DNA of 63,990 nucleotides, the filler included, from an uncultured Myxococcia bacterium (GTDB lineage: Bacteria > CAZTWC01), in NCBI GenBank assembly GCA_964617105.1. It is 3 parts of 3 records of this genome, joined end to end, with 100 filler letters (N's around TTAATTAATTAA, not from the genome) between each part and the next. Parts side by side here need not be neighbours in the genome. Positions count along the whole stretch, not along the records: positions 54,693 to 63,990 come from CAZTWC010000142.1; 2 more parts are not named here. One strand, 5' to 3'. Positions 61,447 to 63,990 of the stretch are shown one piece after another; positions within the stretch are counted from its first letter, which is position 1; the number at the start of each line of letters is the position of its first letter. Position numbers and translations under genes: made by a program. The notes beneath the pieces are model-generated. The model was not told the origin of the DNA, ran no database searches, and saw only the letters and a list, made by a program, of their open reading frames with translations.

Positions 61447-62322
61447 TTACTCCATCAATCCCAGTTCATTCATCAATTCATTGATAATTTCCCGGTTTCC
61501 CTGAGAAAGAGGCGACAGGGGCAAGCGCAATTCATTCTCTATCGAATTGAGCATAGACAGCGCTGCTTTGACCGGCACCGGATTACTCTCCAGAAAAAGG
61601 GCCTGGCAAAGGGGCAATATTTGAAAAAAGATCTCTTTGGCTCCATTGAAATCGTTTTTAATAAAGGCATTATACAATTGGACCATCTGGTTGGGAATAA
61701 TATTAGCAGACACCGAGATAATCCCCTCTCCTCCTACCGCTAAAAAGGGTAAAAAGGTATTATCATCCCCAGAAAGCAGACAGCAGTCCATGGGTTTCTC
61801 GGTGGCAATCCGAGCGGCTGTAATCATGTCGGCAGTGGCGTCTTTAATACCGATGATGTTATCCAACTGCATCAACTTCAAAGTGGTTTTTACCCCTAAA
61901 CTTGCCCCGGTTCGACCGGGAACATTATAGAGGATCACCGGCAAGCCGCCTTTAGCGGCTATCTTCTGGTAATGGAGGTAAAGCCCTTCCTGGCCCGGTT
62001 TATTATAATAGGGAACTACCGCTAAAGCGGCGTCAGCGCCCTGGTCCGCAACCCGGCGGGTAAATTCAACACTGGCAGCCGTGGAGTTGGTGCCAGTGCC
62101 CATGATAATTTTAACCCAACTGGGAATCTCCTTTTTAGCGATTTGAAGTAACTGGATTTTCTCTTCCGCAGAAAGGGTAGGCGACTCGCCAGTGGTGCCG
62201 GCAATAACCAGACCAGAGATACCGGCTTCAACCTGACTGGCCAACAATTTTTTAAAAGCGGCTTCATCTAATTTGCCATTTCTAAAAGGCGATACAATTG
62301 CGGTAATAACTCCGGTAAACAT
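61447..62322 (-). CDS. dapA: 4-hydroxy-tetrahydrodipicolinate synthase
   Basis: GTTGESPTL, PYYNKP, LYNVPGRTG, GIKDA, NPVPVK. Confidence 0.97.
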   Translation of the reverse strand: MFTGVITAIVSPFRNGKLDEAAFKKLLASQVEAGISGLVIAGTTGESPTLSAEEKIQLLQIAKKEIPSWVKIIMGTGTNSTAASVEFTRRVADQGADAALAVVPYYNKPGQEGLYLHYQKIAAKGGLPVILYNVPGRTGASLGVKTTLKLMQLDNIIGIKDATADMITAARIATEKPMDCCLLSGDDNTFLPFLAVGGEGIISVSANIIPNQMVQLYNAFIKNDFNGAKEIFFQILPLCQALFLESNPVPVKAALSMLNSIENELRLPLSPLSQGNREIINELMNELGLME

Positions 62323-62480
62323 CAATTTTTCTCCTGATCTTTTACTTTTTGTTCCTGGCTGTCAATTATTTTGGACATATTCTCTTGAAGCGGGGGTTGG
62401 GGTGGCCCCTTAACACCGCAATGCCATAGAGTCAAAGAGACAATTATGGCAAACAATAGATAGATAAGGGTTTTTTTCAT
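62322..62480 (-). CDS. Small lipoprotein, LptM/YifL(LppL)-like (missed by ORF track)
   Basis: Read by hand: MKKTLIYLLFAIIVSLTLWH-CGVKGPPQPP..., 52 aa; CGxKGP motif; TGATG overlap with the dapA start. Confidence 0.75.
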   Translation of the reverse strand: MKKTLIYLLFAIIVSLTLWHCGVKGPPQPPLQENMSKIIDSQEQKVKDQEKN

Positions 62481-62519
62481 CTAAAATTCATCTCCAGATG
62501 AACAATATTTATTTTTTTC

Positions 62520-62548
62520 TTGAAGTAGAAATCTAAATTATATACAAT
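62520..62548 (+). promoter_or_regulatory. Putative sigma70 promoter of greA
   Basis: TTGAAG (62520-62525), 17 nt spacer, TACAAT (62543-62548). Confidence 0.5.
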
Positions 62549-62617
62549 ATTTCTTTATTTTCAACCAAAATCACCGGAAAGGCTTTCGGCATAATATTAT
62601 ATTAATAATAGGAGGAT

Positions 62618-63106
62618 GTGATGTCTGGTTCTGTGCCTATGACCAATAAAGGTTTTAAAATGTTGCAGCAAAAATTGAAAAAGTTGAAAAACCAGGAGCG
62701 CCCCAGAATCCTTTTAGAATTGGAAAAAGCCAGAGATCACGGGGATTTGAGCGAAAATGCCGAATATCATGCCGCCAAAGAGAAATACGGTTTTATCAAG
62801 GGACATATAGAAGATATCGAAGGCAAATTATCTCGGGCCCAGGTTATTGATATCTCCAGGTTAACTGGCGAAAAGGTAGTTTTTGGCGCCACCGTCACCA
62901 TGGCCGATGTGGACGATGAAAATGCCAAAGAGGTAACCTACCAGATTGTTGGAGAAGATGAGGCCAATGTGGAGCAAGGCAAAATCAATATCAATTCACC
63001 CATCGCCAGAGCCCTGATCGGCAAAAGTCAATATGACTGGGTCAAAGTGCGTTCACCCAAAGGGGAGCGGGAATATGAGATTCTGGAAGTGAAGTATATC
63101 GTCTGA
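62618..63106 (+). CDS. greA: Transcription elongation factor GreA
   Basis: HGDLSENAEY.AAKE, V.FGATV, IVGEDEA, SPIARALIGK. Confidence 0.96.
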   Translation: MMSGSVPMTNKGFKMLQQKLKKLKNQERPRILLELEKARDHGDLSENAEYHAAKEKYGFIKGHIEDIEGKLSRAQVIDISRLTGEKVVFGATVTMADVDDENAKEVTYQIVGEDEANVEQGKININSPIARALIGKSQYDWVKVRSPKGEREYEILEVKYIV

Positions 63107-63111
63107 TACCT

Positions 63112-63162
63112 TGTCCAGGGGCTTCAGGGCAGCAGCCCGATAGCCCGGGCGGGACATTTTTT
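63112..63162 (+). terminator. Probable intrinsic terminator after greA
   Basis: GC-rich stem TGTCC..GGGCT..GGGC/GCCC..AGCCC..GGACA followed by TTTTTT. Confidence 0.55.
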
Positions 63163-63179
63163 GCTTAGGCAGTAGTCAG

Positions 63180-63596
63180 TCACTCCTTATCCGGTTCGGT
63201 TAGCCGTTCCAGGATTAATCCGTAAAAGTTATCTTCTGCCCCGCCGGAAAAAAACCAACCCAGGTGGATCAAGCATCCCTGACAGAGAGTAATTTGCCAG
63301 GCGTATCCCGGGAACCAGGTCCACTCTTCGCTGGGAGTGCCCGTATTAAGGCCGCCGATTGCCTTTTTAAAACATCCAATCTGAAATACAAGGCCGTGGG
63401 GATTAGCAAAAGCGTGTTGAAAAGCACCACCAATCTCGGTTTTGTCTGCTTTGCTGGTAATTACCTGTAAACATTGGCGGCAAAGCAGTGCTTTTCTTTT
63501 TTTAGGAACAGCAGACTCAACTCCGGCAGCAGGGGTTGGGCGGGATTTACTCCCGCCCGTCCGGAGCAGTAATTGCCCGGTTATACTATGATTCAT
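63180..63596 (-). CDS. Cereblon-family (CULT domain) protein
   Basis: CxxC, NPHG..F, TWFPGYAW, CxxC..HLGW.F; alternative TTG start 63638. Confidence 0.88.
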   Translation of the reverse strand: MNHSITGQLLLRTGGSKSRPTPAAGVESAVPKKRKALLCRQCLQVITSKADKTEIGGAFQHAFANPHGLVFQIGCFKKAIGGLNTGTPSEEWTWFPGYAWQITLCQGCLIHLGWFFSGGAEDNFYGLILERLTEPDKE

Positions 63597-63634
63597 GGTC
63601 AAATTTTCACCTGGTTTCGTAGGTGTTATACCAA

Positions 63635-63990
63635 TCAATCACAAACGTAACTCTCTCTTTCGATAACTTTGGCCGCCACCTGGCGTTTGGCGCTAATCAA
63701 GTCAAAGTTGGGATAATCCACCAATTTATCGAATTTTTTCAACAGTTTGTTCAATTTTTTCTCTTTGCCTTCTGCTAAAGATGGTAATAGCAGCCTGGCA
63801 TTAGTAACTACTTTCACATAAGTTTCCATAACAAAGGCGCGGGCCAGAAGTTCCTGGAAATCACTCTTGGCAGCATCAATCTCTGCGGTTTGCATAACCC
63901 GGACTACCGAACTGTCCATAGTATAAGTATCCATTACCAGATCAGCCAATACCCGTAAGACCTCCTGCTGGTTGGCCAAATCCATCATAA
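63635..63990 (-). CDS. Acyl-CoA dehydrogenase, C-terminal fragment (window edge)
   Basis: L..QQEVL..LAD.....Y.MDS...R and terminal R..A..VI...Y pattern of long ACAD C-domains. Confidence 0.6.
   Translation of the reverse strand, partial: MMDLANQQEVLRVLADLVMDTYTMDSSVVRVMQTAEIDAAKSDFQELLARAFVMETYVKVVTNARLLLPSLAEGKEKKLNKLLKKFDKLVDYPNFDLISAKRQVAAKVIERESYVCD

Noticed and set aside
62330-62480. Possible lysine riboswitch upstream of dapA
   Set aside because: The region is occupied by a small lipoprotein ORF and no L-box consensus is visible

Overview
Bacterial sequence, probably a metagenome-assembled deltaproteobacterium-like organism (Myxococcota/Desulfobacterota-like gene content; taxonomy is inference). 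It consists of three contigs joined by artificial N-TTAATTAATTAA-N spacers: about 1-27303, 27404-54592 and 54693-63990. Contig 1 carries the priA 3' end, ddl, a REC-GGDEF cyclase, an antiporter, a frameshifted MBL hydrolase, the str/S10/spc/alpha ribosomal cluster (lacking tuf and rplC) and hypF-hypC-hypD'. Contig 2 carries engB, three tandem AIM24/TIGR00266 genes, fxsA, dedA and a DUF6901-like gene. It also has a Zn-phospholipase C / atypical glutamine-synthetase-like / acyl-CoA ligase cluster, a 1206-aa Cys-repeat lipoprotein, a degenerate Eco57I-like R-M homologue, serS, aspS, MoxR, a double MCP-like protein, a Ser/Thr kinase, an ALDH and a GAF-GGDEF protein. Contig 3 carries a membrane spermidine-synthase-like gene, secreted/lipoprotein genes (SNase, 14-repeat propeller), dapB-dapA, an uncalled LptM/YifL-like lipoprotein, greA, a cereblon-family gene and an acyl-CoA dehydrogenase 3' end. 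No rRNA, tRNA, CRISPR array or transposase was recognised. The strongest leads are the GS-like ligase with a remodelled ammonium site in a putative lipid-scavenging operon, the catalytically degenerate type IIG/IIL R-M homologue, the rplC-less S10 operon, hypF lacking a canonical start, and a family of intergenic hairpin repeats.
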